Positions 28,457 through 38,152 of a DNA stretch of 64,000 bases are shown here, in pieces. Position numbers and translations under genes: made by a program. The DNA lies in contig JALWXN010000004.1 in NCBI GenBank assembly GCA_027078545.1, forward strand, positions 32,001 to 96,000, in the 5' to 3' direction. The notes under the pieces were generated by a model. The model did no database searches and was not told where the DNA came from. It worked only from the letters and a program-made list of their open reading frames with translations. The number at the start of each line of letters is the position of its first letter. The first letter of the stretch is position 1. The stretch comes from Nitrososphaeria archaeon (GTDB taxonomy: Archaea > Thermoproteota > Nitrososphaeria > Geothermarchaeales > JDFR-13).

Positions 28457-28910
28457 TACAGGCCTAATAGAAGCCATACTATTCGCCTCACCAAGACCAG
28501 TATCAGAAGACAGACTAGCATCAATCCTAGAAATCCCGAAGAAAGAGGTTAGGAAGGTGATGGAGGACTTCATCAAGAAATTCAACAGGAAACACGAGGG
28601 GATAAAAATTGTGAGGAATAGGAGGCACTACTACATAACCATAGAGGACAAATACCTAGACATAGTCTCCCGAATAATGGAGCCCCCACCACTAAACCAG
28701 AGACAGAAACTAGTAATAGCACTCCTCTACAAGAGGAAGGAGGCCCTACTAAGAGAACTAAGAGAGATGTTCGGGCCGAACATATATAGAGACGTGAAGA
28801 AACTAAGGAGATGGGGTTTCATATCCATACAGAGTAGGGACGGCAAGAAAAAGGTTGTACTAAGGCCAGAGGCAGAGGCCTACATAATACGCAGAAGAGG
28901 AAGATCCTAG
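28425..28910 (+). CDS. scpB: ScpB (kite subunit)
   Basis: LIEAILFASPRPVSEDRLASIL signature, tandem wHTH. Confidence 0.85.
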   Translation: MTTSSSEKKPDTGLIEAILFASPRPVSEDRLASILEIPKKEVRKVMEDFIKKFNRKHEGIKIVRNRRHYYITIEDKYLDIVSRIMEPPPLNQRQKLVIALLYKRKEALLRELREMFGPNIYRDVKKLRRWGFISIQSRDGKKKVVLRPEAEAYIIRRRGRS

Positions 28911-28977
28911 CAGACCCAGCCAGCAAGGTTTTTATTACCATCCCCATAGGAAAAATTTTTAGACCCGGTGACTGGGA

Positions 28978-29370
28978 ATGGCCATAACACACTGGGACCT
29001 CCACAAGAGGAAGAAGACGGGAGCCAAGAGAAGGATATGGAGGAAAAAGAGGAAATATGAGCTAGGCCGCTTCCCAGCAGAGACAGTACTACACGAGGAG
29101 AGGCGGATAAGGATAATACGTACAAAGGGAGGAGGCATAAAGGTAAGGCTCCTCAGAGACCGATACGTCAACCTATACATACCCTCCCAGAACAAGACCG
29201 AGAAAACAGAGATACTCAGCGTGTTAGAGAACCCAGCCAACAGGGAGTATAGTAGGAGAGGCGTGATAACAAAGGGAGCCATAATAGAGACTAAATATGG
29301 AAAGGCAGTGGTAACATCCAGACCCGGCCAAGACGGGGTAATAAACGCTAGACTCATAGAAGAAGCATGA
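28978..29370 (+). CDS. rps8e: 30S ribosomal protein eS8
   Basis: KRKKTGAK...KKRKYELGRFP, NPANREYSRRGVITKGAII, VTSRPGQDGVINA. Confidence 0.97.
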   Translation: MAITHWDLHKRKKTGAKRRIWRKKRKYELGRFPAETVLHEERRIRIIRTKGGGIKVRLLRDRYVNLYIPSQNKTEKTEILSVLENPANREYSRRGVITKGAIIETKYGKAVVTSRPGQDGVINARLIEEA

Positions 29371-29660
29371 GGATCAAAGACGCATACATCATCTGGCTCA
29401 ACTACATAGACAGAAAACTAACAAAGAAGGAGGGTAGAAAACTCCCCAAGAACCAAGCCGTAAAATCACCATCACTAGAGGAACTGGCCAGAGCTGCCCT
29501 AAAAGCAGGTTATAGAGTGAGAGAGAAGAGGAGGGCGAGATACCCATCCTCATGGTGGATAGAGAGCGGATACATAGTGATAGACAAACCCAAAGACGAG
29601 AACAAACTCACAACCATTAAGAAAATAGCCAAGGAGATAAGGAGGGAGAGAGGTGGATGA
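29367..29660 (+). CDS. srp19: Signal recognition particle protein SRP19
   Basis: IIWLNYIDRKLTKKEGRKLPKNQAVKSPSLEEL, YPSSWW. Confidence 0.92.
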   Translation: MRIKDAYIIWLNYIDRKLTKKEGRKLPKNQAVKSPSLEELARAALKAGYRVREKRRARYPSSWWIESGYIVIDKPKDENKLTTIKKIAKEIRRERGG

Positions 29661-29893
29661 AGAGGATAGGCAGGATACTCCACTACACTAAATACGGCGT
29701 CTTCGTAGTGGAGGCGGAGAAAGCCATAAGCCAAAACAACACCATCTACGACGACAGGAAAAGGAAGATAGGCATAGTAGTCGATGTGATCGGCCCTATA
29801 AATAAACCGTACCTAGTCCTGAAACCACTAGTAGACAAACCCGAGAAATATGTCGGGAAAGAGGTCTATATTATAACTAGGAGGAGACGATGA
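29657..29893 (+). CDS. gar1: H/ACA RNP protein Gar1
   Basis: KIGIVVDVIGPINKPY motif; conserved srp19-gar1-tfb context. Confidence 0.9.
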   Translation: MKRIGRILHYTKYGVFVVEAEKAISQNNTIYDDRKRKIGIVVDVIGPINKPYLVLKPLVDKPEKYVGKEVYIITRRRR

Positions 29894-30693
29894 TAAAGAC
29901 TCCTGAGGCCTGCCCAGTATGTGGAGGAACAGAATTCATAAAAACACCTGAGGCAGGCGAGATATGCAGAACCTGTGGATACGAAGTAGAGAGAAAGACC
30001 CAAATAAGCTACAAACCACCCTACAAGAGGACGGAGGACAACGCATATATAAAGGGACCAACACTGGAGAGCCCCAAGAAGTACTATGAAAACCTCATCC
30101 AACAGGTATACGACTTGATACAGAAATACGGAGACTTGATAGGCGTCCCCCCACAAGACGTTACGGTGGCCAAGAAGATAAGCGAACTAGCGATTAGAAG
30201 GGGGAGATGGAACAAGAACTACCTAGCACTAACCTCCCTCTACATAGCGAACCGCCACAACTCGATAATAGAGATACCCCTCAGGAAGTACATAGAGACC
30301 TTCGACTGGGTAGAGAAAAAGAAGTTGAGAAGAACCATAAGGAGACTAGTGAAGACACTAAGAGTAAACCTCAACTACCGACTAGACGAGAGGGAGATAT
30401 ACACCAAGTTCTACAAGGAATATGGATGGGACGACAGGGCAATACACATCATAAAAGAACTGGAGAAGGTTGTGAAGAAGAACGCTATAGCTAGAAACAA
30501 ATCCCCAAAAACACTCCACGCAGCAATAGCCTACATAGCATATAAAATAGTCTACACCGACAATGGAGAAGAATCCAGGAGACATAGGGTGACCCTGAAG
30601 AGATCAGCAGAGATATCAGGCGTCTCAGAATCAACCATCAGAGAAGCCGTGAGAGAAATACTTAGAAAGACCGTGATAACAGTATACCTATAA
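29890..30693 (+). CDS. tfb: Divergent TFB/TFIIB-family protein
   Basis: Zn ribbon CPVCGG...CRTCG, two cyclin-like repeats, C-terminal HTH VTLKRSAEISGVSESTIRE; canonical B-reader not visible. Confidence 0.75.
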   Translation: MIKTPEACPVCGGTEFIKTPEAGEICRTCGYEVERKTQISYKPPYKRTEDNAYIKGPTLESPKKYYENLIQQVYDLIQKYGDLIGVPPQDVTVAKKISELAIRRGRWNKNYLALTSLYIANRHNSIIEIPLRKYIETFDWVEKKKLRRTIRRLVKTLRVNLNYRLDEREIYTKFYKEYGWDDRAIHIIKELEKVVKKNAIARNKSPKTLHAAIAYIAYKIVYTDNGEESRRHRVTLKRSAEISGVSESTIREAVREILRKTVITVYL

Positions 30694-30778
30694 ACCGATA
30701 ATTTATTAACGCCAACAACCCAATATTTTACAGAGGATTATCAAACAACACTACTTAACCCATGGGGGAGAGGCAAAT

Positions 30779-30991
30779 TTGTCTGAAAACAACCAGTCGG
30801 AAACACCTCGAATAATTAGGAGACCCAACCCAGAGGCCAGGGTCAGGGCCATAGACTTCATAGACGGCCTCTACTGCATAATATGCTCCTACAAATCCGA
30901 GTGCTCATCCCGATACCCCAAACACCTCATAAAATGTAGATACCTCGAGGAATGGGCCCTAAGCAGGTATAGAGCCGCTGTAAAGAAATAA
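30779..30991 (+). CDS. Small Cys/His-rich hypothetical protein
   Basis: CIICSYKSECSSRYPKHLIKC; TTG start with AT-rich element upstream; fills the intergenic gap. Confidence 0.5.
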   Translation: MSENNQSETPRIIRRPNPEARVRAIDFIDGLYCIICSYKSECSSRYPKHLIKCRYLEEWALSRYRAAVKK

Positions 30992-31013
30992 TTATCCATG
31001 AGGAACAGCAGAA

Positions 31014-31664
31014 TTGGTGGCTATGAGAAGGAAGAGAGATGCATATACAGAGATAGCTAAGAGAGAAGGCCTCAGGAGTAGGGCATACTTCAAACTAAAA
31101 GACATCGATGAACGCTACGGGATTTTCAGGCCGGGCGACATCGTAATAGACATAGGGGCTGCACCAGGGGGATGGATAAAATACTCACTATCCAAGATAG
31201 GCTTCGACGGAAGAGTAATAGGGATAGACCAGCGGGAGATAGAGCCCTTCGAAGAGCCAAACGTAGTCACCATAAAGGCCGACATATTGAAGGAAGGGAT
31301 CTTCAAATCAATAGAGGAGCAGCTAGGTGGGGAGAAGGCCGACGTAATAATAAGCGACGCCTCGCCGAATATATCGGGAGTTTATGAGGTCGATACTGAG
31401 AAGATATACGACCTAAACAAACGCGTGATAGAGATAGCCGACAGATTCCTCAGGCCTGGGGGGACACTGATACTAAAGACATTCCAAGGAAGACATGAGA
31501 GGCGCTTAGTAAACGCACTAAAGAAGAGGTTTAGGAGGATAAGCACGTACAAATCCAAGGTGTCGAGGAAGAGGAGCTCGGAGATATACTACATATGTAT
31601 GGGCTTCGTCAGACCAAGGAGGAGATCTGGTCAACGAGGAAAGAGAGAGGAGCGTCAGTCCTGA
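31014..31664 (+). CDS. rlmE: 23S rRNA Um2552 methyltransferase RlmE/FtsJ
   Basis: RSRAYFKL, DIGAAPGGW, SDASPNISG, LKTFQG, SRKRSSEIY. Confidence 0.95.
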   Translation: MVAMRRKRDAYTEIAKREGLRSRAYFKLKDIDERYGIFRPGDIVIDIGAAPGGWIKYSLSKIGFDGRVIGIDQREIEPFEEPNVVTIKADILKEGIFKSIEEQLGGEKADVIISDASPNISGVYEVDTEKIYDLNKRVIEIADRFLRPGGTLILKTFQGRHERRLVNALKKRFRRISTYKSKVSRKRSSEIYYICMGFVRPRRRSGQRGKREERQS

Positions 31665-32709
31665 AGCCGTCGGGATAGATATGTGTCCTTGAAAACCTAT
31701 AGCCAGAGGACGTAATAGCATCCCTAAGCCTAGACATACTCGGCATAGGCTCTCCAATCTCTTTACACAGCTTTGATAAACGGTATAGCCCAATAATCGA
31801 TGTATCCTCTTCACCAAGCCTGCTAAGAAATCTCTGGATCTCCCTACCAAGATATCGCCACCTATCGTCCTGAGCCTCTTCAACAATCCTGCCCACCAGA
31901 CCAGCATCGATATACGGCCCTATCCAGAGGGGGCCCACCACCCTCCCATCCGGTAGGCCCTCCCTCCCAGCATCACTAAGTGAGACCGCTTTCCAGCCCA
32001 TATCCTCGTTATAGACGAGGAAACCCAGATAGTCATGCCTCAACAGAGATCTACGCCTGTCCACCTCCAAATAGACACGAACGTAGTTATTCTCGAAGGT
32101 GGATAGGAGAGGCCTCGCCGAGAAGCCCATACGAACAGCCGCCAACACACCCTCCCTCACAAGTATACGGATAGCCAACTCGTGGCAGACATCATCCCTA
32201 TAATAGGCAGAGCCATATATCCTCTCCACACCACCCTCGACAACCTCACATAAGGTCATAAGATCAGTGGCTGTGAACACCAGGAGGCCCCGCCTCCCAA
32301 AGACCATAAGCCCCGAATGTAGATAGGGTAGAGGGGAGCCAAAGGGATCTATATCCACAATATCAATCTCCAGACCACCTAGAAGAGTTGGCAACGACCT
32401 AGCATCACCCATATAGACCGAGGCACTACCAGCCAAACGGTTAAGAGATAGGTTCCGGATAACAGCTTCATAGGATCTGGGAGACGCGTCGACGAAATAT
32501 CCATATCCAACAGGGGCCACCTCCAACAAATACCTGATCCCCCGGATACCCGTACCTGCATGCGAATCTAGAAAAGTAACGTCGTCACGCCCACTGTAGT
32601 AAGTCTCTAGAAAGAGGACGGCCAGAGACCTATTTAGAGAGGCCCGAGGATTATAGAAGACACCCTCACTAACCTCTATCTCAGCCAGCCCCTCTCTTAC
32701 CCTCTGCAT
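31609..32709 (-). CDS. trm1: tRNA (guanine26-N2)-dimethyltransferase Trm1
   Basis: VFYNPRASLNRS, AGTGIRGIRY, DIDPFGSP, GPLWIG, FSRTH...GFRTDAP. Confidence 0.92.
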   Translation of the reverse strand: MQRVREGLAEIEVSEGVFYNPRASLNRSLAVLFLETYYSGRDDVTFLDSHAGTGIRGIRYLLEVAPVGYGYFVDASPRSYEAVIRNLSLNRLAGSASVYMGDARSLPTLLGGLEIDIVDIDPFGSPLPYLHSGLMVFGRRGLLVFTATDLMTLCEVVEGGVERIYGSAYYRDDVCHELAIRILVREGVLAAVRMGFSARPLLSTFENNYVRVYLEVDRRRSLLRHDYLGFLVYNEDMGWKAVSLSDAGREGLPDGRVVGPLWIGPYIDAGLVGRIVEEAQDDRWRYLGREIQRFLSRLGEEDTSIIGLYRLSKLCKEIGEPMPSMSRLRDAITSSGYRFSRTHIYPDGFRTDAPLSFLVDQISSLV

Positions 32710-32766
32710 AGCTTCTCAAACCCATTAACAGCTTATTACCAGAACGGCCCAATAGAGTTTTACACC

Positions 32767-33312
32767 ATGATAAAAATATTTCTGACGGGAGACCCGGGAG
32801 TAGGGAAAACCACATGCGTCTCCAGGATATACGAGACCCTAACCGCCTATGGCTACAAAACCTGTGGATTCATATCAAAAGAGATCAGGGAGGGTGGTGT
32901 AAGGAAAGGCTTCGAACTAATATCGCTGCCCGACGGTAAGAGAGAGATACTGGCCCACGTCGAGATAGATAGCCCAGTAAAGATTGGAAAGTATAGGGTT
33001 AACATAGCAGGGTTCGAGAGATTCCTAGACGAGATTATGGGTCAGGAGGACTGCGACCTATACATCATAGACGAGGTAGGCCCCATGGAGATAGCATCAA
33101 ACAAATTCCTCCGCTACATAGAGACTATCCTAGAGAGGGATGAGCCAGCAGTAATAACTATCCACGTCACACTCTCCAAACAACTCGGGAAGAGGTTCAA
33201 GACCAGCAAGCCAAACATACTCTACAGGATAACAAGAGAGAACAGGGACAGCATGCCCCTAATCATATGGAGAGACCTAAACAGATACCTAGCCAAGAAG
33301 AAGGAGAGATGA
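32767..33312 (+). CDS. NTPase (THEP1/NTPase_1 family)
   Basis: TGDPGVGKTT, EIREGGVRKGF, IIDEVGPME. Confidence 0.92.
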   Translation: MIKIFLTGDPGVGKTTCVSRIYETLTAYGYKTCGFISKEIREGGVRKGFELISLPDGKREILAHVEIDSPVKIGKYRVNIAGFERFLDEIMGQEDCDLYIIDEVGPMEIASNKFLRYIETILERDEPAVITIHVTLSKQLGKRFKTSKPNILYRITRENRDSMPLIIWRDLNRYLAKKKER

Positions 33313-33980
33313 TCCACATAGGAGTAGATGAAGCGGGTAGAGGGGCTGTTATAGGCCCCCTAGTAATAGCCCTAGCAACATTTAAAGACAAGAAGCTGGA
33401 GACACTATCCACATTAGTAACGAAAGACTCAAAGGGATACACACGAAGGAGGAGAGAGGAGCTATACGAACACATAGTGGCAAGCGCCGACTATATATCC
33501 ACGAGGATGCTATTACCCAGCGAGCTTAACCAGCTAATGTGTAGAGGCATAAGCTTAAACATAATAGAGCTAAGAATCGTCAGTGAGCTGATAAAGGGAG
33601 CACTGGAGAGGACAGGTGGGAACGCCACAGCCTACATAGACTCGATGACCACAAGGGAGATACAGTGTAAAACATTCATCCTCTCCAGGATATCTAGGAG
33701 CGGCGTGAAGATCATCTGTGAACATGGAGCCGACGCCAAGTACCCAGTTGTAAGAGCCGCAAGCATCATAGCCAAGGTGATACGCGACAGAGCCATAGAC
33801 ACACTGGAGGAGAGATATGGAGACCTAGGGAGTGGATACCCATCAGACCCAAGAACCATAGAAGCATTGAAGAGACTGGCCCAGGAACTGGATAAGGAGG
33901 AACTTGGAAGTATTGTCAGGTTAAAGTGGAAAACTGTTAAAAGGATTATTGGAGAATGGGGATGTGGCTCAGAAGAATAA
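33309..33980 (+). CDS. rnhB: Ribonuclease HII
   Basis: GVDEAGRG, DSK, AASIIAKVIRD, GSGYPSDP; start at 33309 (ATGA overlap). Confidence 0.95.
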   Translation: MIHIGVDEAGRGAVIGPLVIALATFKDKKLETLSTLVTKDSKGYTRRRREELYEHIVASADYISTRMLLPSELNQLMCRGISLNIIELRIVSELIKGALERTGGNATAYIDSMTTREIQCKTFILSRISRSGVKIICEHGADAKYPVVRAASIIAKVIRDRAIDTLEERYGDLGSGYPSDPRTIEALKRLAQELDKEELGSIVRLKWKTVKRIIGEWGCGSEE

Positions 33981-34615
33981 TTGGGGGCAGGGGAAACGAT
34001 ATCTACACTATACTACATCAACACCTCCAGCTATCCATAGAAGCACTACACCACCTAATCTCACTCATGGAGAATGAGGACTATACAGCAGTGGAAAAGA
34101 TAGAGCAGATAGAGAAGAGATGTGACAAACTGGCATACAAAGCCACACGCCTAGCCGTAGAAGGCGCACTCCCAATACTGGCGCTGCACAGCATAATCAG
34201 GATGATAGACGACATAGATGCGATCACCGACAAGATACTCTTCCTAGCCCGAGAGATAACCAGATACACTAGACACGTTGGAAGGATAGAGAAGGAGCTG
34301 ATAGAGGGACTCATAGAGAACGCGGGACACACGGTGAAGATACTCGAATCACTAGCCCAGCTACTACACGGGGCGGCTAACAACGCAACCTACGAAGAAC
34401 TCCTAAGGATGAGGGACACCATAGAAGAGGAGGAGGAGTCTGGAGACGAGTATAAAGACAAGATTCTGAACCTACTCTACACCCTCCACAGAGACGTATC
34501 TGGGCGGGAATTCATAATCCTGAGACAATTGATACTAACTCTCGACGATGTCGAGGACCTCTCCGAGGACGTGGCCAACCAGCTAATCATAATAAAATCA
34601 GTCCTCGAGATGTAG
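33956..34615 (+). CDS. DUF47/PhoU-like phosphate transport regulator
   Basis: IEKRCD...IDDIDAITD and EEESGD...LDDVEDLSED repeats; precedes a PiT gene. Confidence 0.85.
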   Translation: MGMWLRRIIGGRGNDIYTILHQHLQLSIEALHHLISLMENEDYTAVEKIEQIEKRCDKLAYKATRLAVEGALPILALHSIIRMIDDIDAITDKILFLAREITRYTRHVGRIEKELIEGLIENAGHTVKILESLAQLLHGAANNATYEELLRMRDTIEEEEESGDEYKDKILNLLYTLHRDVSGREFIILRQLILTLDDVEDLSEDVANQLIIIKSVLEM

Positions 34616-34618
34616 AGG

Positions 34619-35527
34619 GTGGATAAGCCAGTGTATACAGAGCCCTTAATAGCCCTCTCAATACTACTGATAACAGCCAACAATATGGGGATCGTCAAGG
34701 ACTACCTGAAGCTCTCAGGAGTACTACCAAGGAAATACGCTGGACACATAGTTATCATACCCGTGATGACAGGGCTACTCCTAGAGGGCTCCAAACTAAC
34801 GGAGTATGGATATAGACTCGGGCTGGACATAGAGACGAGGGTAATCCTAATAACCATAATAGCCTCGATATTCGCACTGGGCACCATACTCAGGATACCC
34901 ACATCAGCCACACTGATAACCGTCGGCGCCACCATGGGAATAATAGCCTATTACAACCTACCAATAGACACCCAATACCTAACCAACATATTCGCCGGAT
35001 GGATTATCGGGGGCGTAGGAGCCATAGTCCTGGCCTACCTCCTCTACAGAAGCTCAGCCATGATACCTGGATATATAGCTAGGAGGATAGCCGTCATACC
35101 CACCTTACTAGTAGGCTACGTATTCGGGGCCAACACCCTAGGGCTAATAGCGTATCTAGACCCTGAGATAGCCCCTACAGACCTCCTGATCTACATATCC
35201 GCAATAGTCATCGGGGTATGGATACCCCTGGGAAGGGTTGGAGAGGAGGTCTCAAAACTACTGTATGGATACACGGTGAAGACCTACCTATCCATCCTCG
35301 CAGGGACATCCCTCATAATAGAGGCGGCCCACAACGCAGCGATACCCATGCCCCTATCAAGCCTCCTCACACTATCGTCCCTAGGCCCAATACTCGGGAG
35401 GGAGACGATCATGGTAAACACCAGCCACATAACGAAGAGCATAATCTTCTGGATCTCGACAGTTATAGCGACACCGATCCTCGTATACACAGGCCTGATA
35501 ATCCTCAACCAGATATTCTCTTCCTAG
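34619..35527 (+). CDS. PiT-family inorganic phosphate transporter (divergent)
   Basis: Multi-TM; TANN, IPTSAT, FGANTLG, IPMPLS degenerate PiT motifs; DUF47 neighbour. Confidence 0.7.
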   Translation: MDKPVYTEPLIALSILLITANNMGIVKDYLKLSGVLPRKYAGHIVIIPVMTGLLLEGSKLTEYGYRLGLDIETRVILITIIASIFALGTILRIPTSATLITVGATMGIIAYYNLPIDTQYLTNIFAGWIIGGVGAIVLAYLLYRSSAMIPGYIARRIAVIPTLLVGYVFGANTLGLIAYLDPEIAPTDLLIYISAIVIGVWIPLGRVGEEVSKLLYGYTVKTYLSILAGTSLIIEAAHNAAIPMPLSSLLTLSSLGPILGRETIMVNTSHITKSIIFWISTVIATPILVYTGLIILNQIFSS

Positions 35528-38081
35528 TAAGGATGCCGAACACTATGCCCATCAGCAATGCCGGTACCAGCCATACGAGATATGTACCGATGAGATCCTC
35601 CCTAACCCTGATCGAGAGATCAAGCTCTGCCACATCAGTTACCTCCTCGTCGACAAAGTTGTAGACATACTCCACCTCACCAACCCTGTAGATCCCCGGC
35701 CTCACACCCTTCACAGCAATAGCTACACTCCTAGGGACATCACCCACGACTATATAGCCATCAACCGTCTCGTTCACCAGCTCCAGACCCTCTGGAAGAT
35801 CGATCCTCATCCTGAGATCACTATATACAGAGCTATTGTCAACCTCTAGAACTAGCTTCACAACACCTTCCTCCCCACTCCCCAGAACCACCTCAGGCTC
35901 CGCCACCGTCACCTCTATCCCGTTGAACACCTTGACAGGAGCCAGCTCCACATCGCTAAACTGGTTCTTACCTAGGAATGTATATGTAAACCTTGCCGCG
36001 GGCAGCTCAAAGTCGCCAATAGTAAACACTGTAAGATTTACAGTCACCACCTCCTCACTGGTAGGCGGGACCTCGGCAGCGGCATATTCATCAGGGAGGA
36101 GAGACGCATCCTCAACAAGCTCACTCCAAGCCATGGAAAGATTGAAGATTGGGATAGGCCCCTTGTTGGAGACTACGATATCGAATGTATAGCTCCTATC
36201 CTTAATGATAAACTCACGATAACCTCTAACATCGAAGGATAGGACATTCTCGAAGTAGTTGAGCTCCGTCACATATAGAAGTATATCCCCTAGAACAACC
36301 CTAGCCTGGGGAGCCAGCGATATTATCGACTCGGGATAGGTGACGTTGAGCGTAACCGTATATATCTCTTCAGGGCCTATGATCTCAGGAGTGAATACAT
36401 AGTAGACATCCTCAAGAACATAGTCATCACTCACATTAACCAACTGGCCTCCAAACAGCCTAAGCAGTATCTTGAGATTTGAGACCGGCTCAGGACCATC
36501 ATTCCTGATGGAGACCTCATAAGTGGCTAGTGTATCATTGACCTTCTTCTGACTCATCTCCACATTAATTATAGCGAGTCTATAGGCCGTCAACTCAGGC
36601 TGATATTCAATAGCCATAGATGATACGTTGAACCTCTCACCCTCGAAGACATACTCAGCCTCTACAACCAGCTCCTTAACAATCTCCCCATCACCAAACA
36701 GGACTAGGGACTCGTTAATCCTAACATCCTCCCCAGGATCGAGGGTGCCCAAGACAAACCCTGCGAAGATAACGTTGCTAGCTGGAGCCTCTCCATTATT
36801 ACTAATCCTAGCGATGTAGTTAAGCTTTCCACCGAGATTTAAGTTGGAATCCCCTCTTATCTCCAACCCCATATCGATAATAGGGGCCTCCTTGTTCAGA
36901 TGTATCACATTACTGTTGGACTTGATCAACAGGGTCTTACCACCTAGAAACTCCAGAGTTGCTATGGCTGGTGGGACATTAACCACCGATTCCTCGGTAG
37001 ACGTGATATTTACCACATACCTGATTAGTTCGCTACCACCAGCTCCGAGCGCATCTATAGTGACATTTGGCTCACCATCTATTAGGACACCTATACCAGA
37101 CCACCAACTCGGCTCGGATACCGATATGTTTACCAAGGTAGATCCGAAGCTAGGTATAGACGCGTTAAGAACAACCTCCACGACTGTCCCGGCAGAGAAA
37201 CTAGTCACATTGAAACTTCTGTGGAGAAGTAGGATCGGTGTCGAGACAAACATGTTTATCCTGAAGGCTGTTGGGTTCTTGATAGACTTAGCATCACCTA
37301 TGTCGAATACATAAGTATCCGACTCGGGGTCATAGGTGTAACTTACATTTTCAGGAATATCGGCGACATATGTCTTAAGGATGGATAGTCTGAGATAGGA
37401 TGACACCCCCTCTGTCTCCTTATAGGGAGCGGCAGTTGATAGGAGACCAGAGAGTCTCCATGTATTCTCACTAAAGGCTACGGTCCTAAAGACGAACTCC
37501 CTATAAATGGTTTCCCCATTATCCTCTACAGTCATAACCATACCCAACGCATCGGCCGAGAGAGCTAGTGCCAAGGGGTCGAGCCAATCTAAGAACGGAG
37601 TATAATTCCCCTCCTCCAGTAGGTTTTGGAAGAAGCTTAACATGATGTTCCTATCAGCATATCCAACATACCTATCCCCAACAAGAACCAATTTAGTCAT
37701 AAAGATCCTCTCAAGCCGAGGCATTAAGGAGGACGCCAACCCAGGATTCTCGATGGATATATAGACATACGTGGTAGGGAACTCGAAGTAGTTCTTGAAG
37801 GACGTGTTAAGCTCTAGGAAATAAAGATATGCATCGTCCCAACTCCTAACGAAGAACATACCTATCTCTACACCAGCAAGATCCTCAGTGTCTAGAACAC
37901 TTCTAAGAGACTCTCCAAGCACCCTATAATTCCTTATCTCAAGCTCCGCATAGGCATACTTACCCATGACATATACATCCATGTACTCCTCAATATCGCC
38001 CTGAGACGCTACCAGCCTAACACCAGCACCCATCAATATCAAGAGCATGAGAAGGGCTACGACAAAATAACTCCTCGTCAT
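35505..38081 (-). CDS. Large exported, C-terminally membrane-anchored surface protein with Ig/CARDB-like repeats
   Basis: N-terminal signal peptide, repeated I-x-N-x-G motifs (ISNNGEAPASNV, IRNDGPEPVSNL, VSNKGPIPIFNL), C-terminal TM plus basic tail, many N-x-S/T sequons. Confidence 0.75.
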   Translation of the reverse strand: MTRSYFVVALLMLLILMGAGVRLVASQGDIEEYMDVYVMGKYAYAELEIRNYRVLGESLRSVLDTEDLAGVEIGMFFVRSWDDAYLYFLELNTSFKNYFEFPTTYVYISIENPGLASSLMPRLERIFMTKLVLVGDRYVGYADRNIMLSFFQNLLEEGNYTPFLDWLDPLALALSADALGMVMTVEDNGETIYREFVFRTVAFSENTWRLSGLLSTAAPYKETEGVSSYLRLSILKTYVADIPENVSYTYDPESDTYVFDIGDAKSIKNPTAFRINMFVSTPILLLHRSFNVTSFSAGTVVEVVLNASIPSFGSTLVNISVSEPSWWSGIGVLIDGEPNVTIDALGAGGSELIRYVVNITSTEESVVNVPPAIATLEFLGGKTLLIKSNSNVIHLNKEAPIIDMGLEIRGDSNLNLGGKLNYIARISNNGEAPASNVIFAGFVLGTLDPGEDVRINESLVLFGDGEIVKELVVEAEYVFEGERFNVSSMAIEYQPELTAYRLAIINVEMSQKKVNDTLATYEVSIRNDGPEPVSNLKILLRLFGGQLVNVSDDYVLEDVYYVFTPEIIGPEEIYTVTLNVTYPESIISLAPQARVVLGDILLYVTELNYFENVLSFDVRGYREFIIKDRSYTFDIVVSNKGPIPIFNLSMAWSELVEDASLLPDEYAAAEVPPTSEEVVTVNLTVFTIGDFELPAARFTYTFLGKNQFSDVELAPVKVFNGIEVTVAEPEVVLGSGEEGVVKLVLEVDNSSVYSDLRMRIDLPEGLELVNETVDGYIVVGDVPRSVAIAVKGVRPGIYRVGEVEYVYNFVDEEVTDVAELDLSIRVREDLIGTYLVWLVPALLMGIVFGILTRKRISG

Positions 38082-38152
38082 CGCCTAAGCACCGTCTGGC
38101 CCTGCGTTGATTTGGTATAATATTTTCGGAGGAGAGGATATATAAAGAGGGA

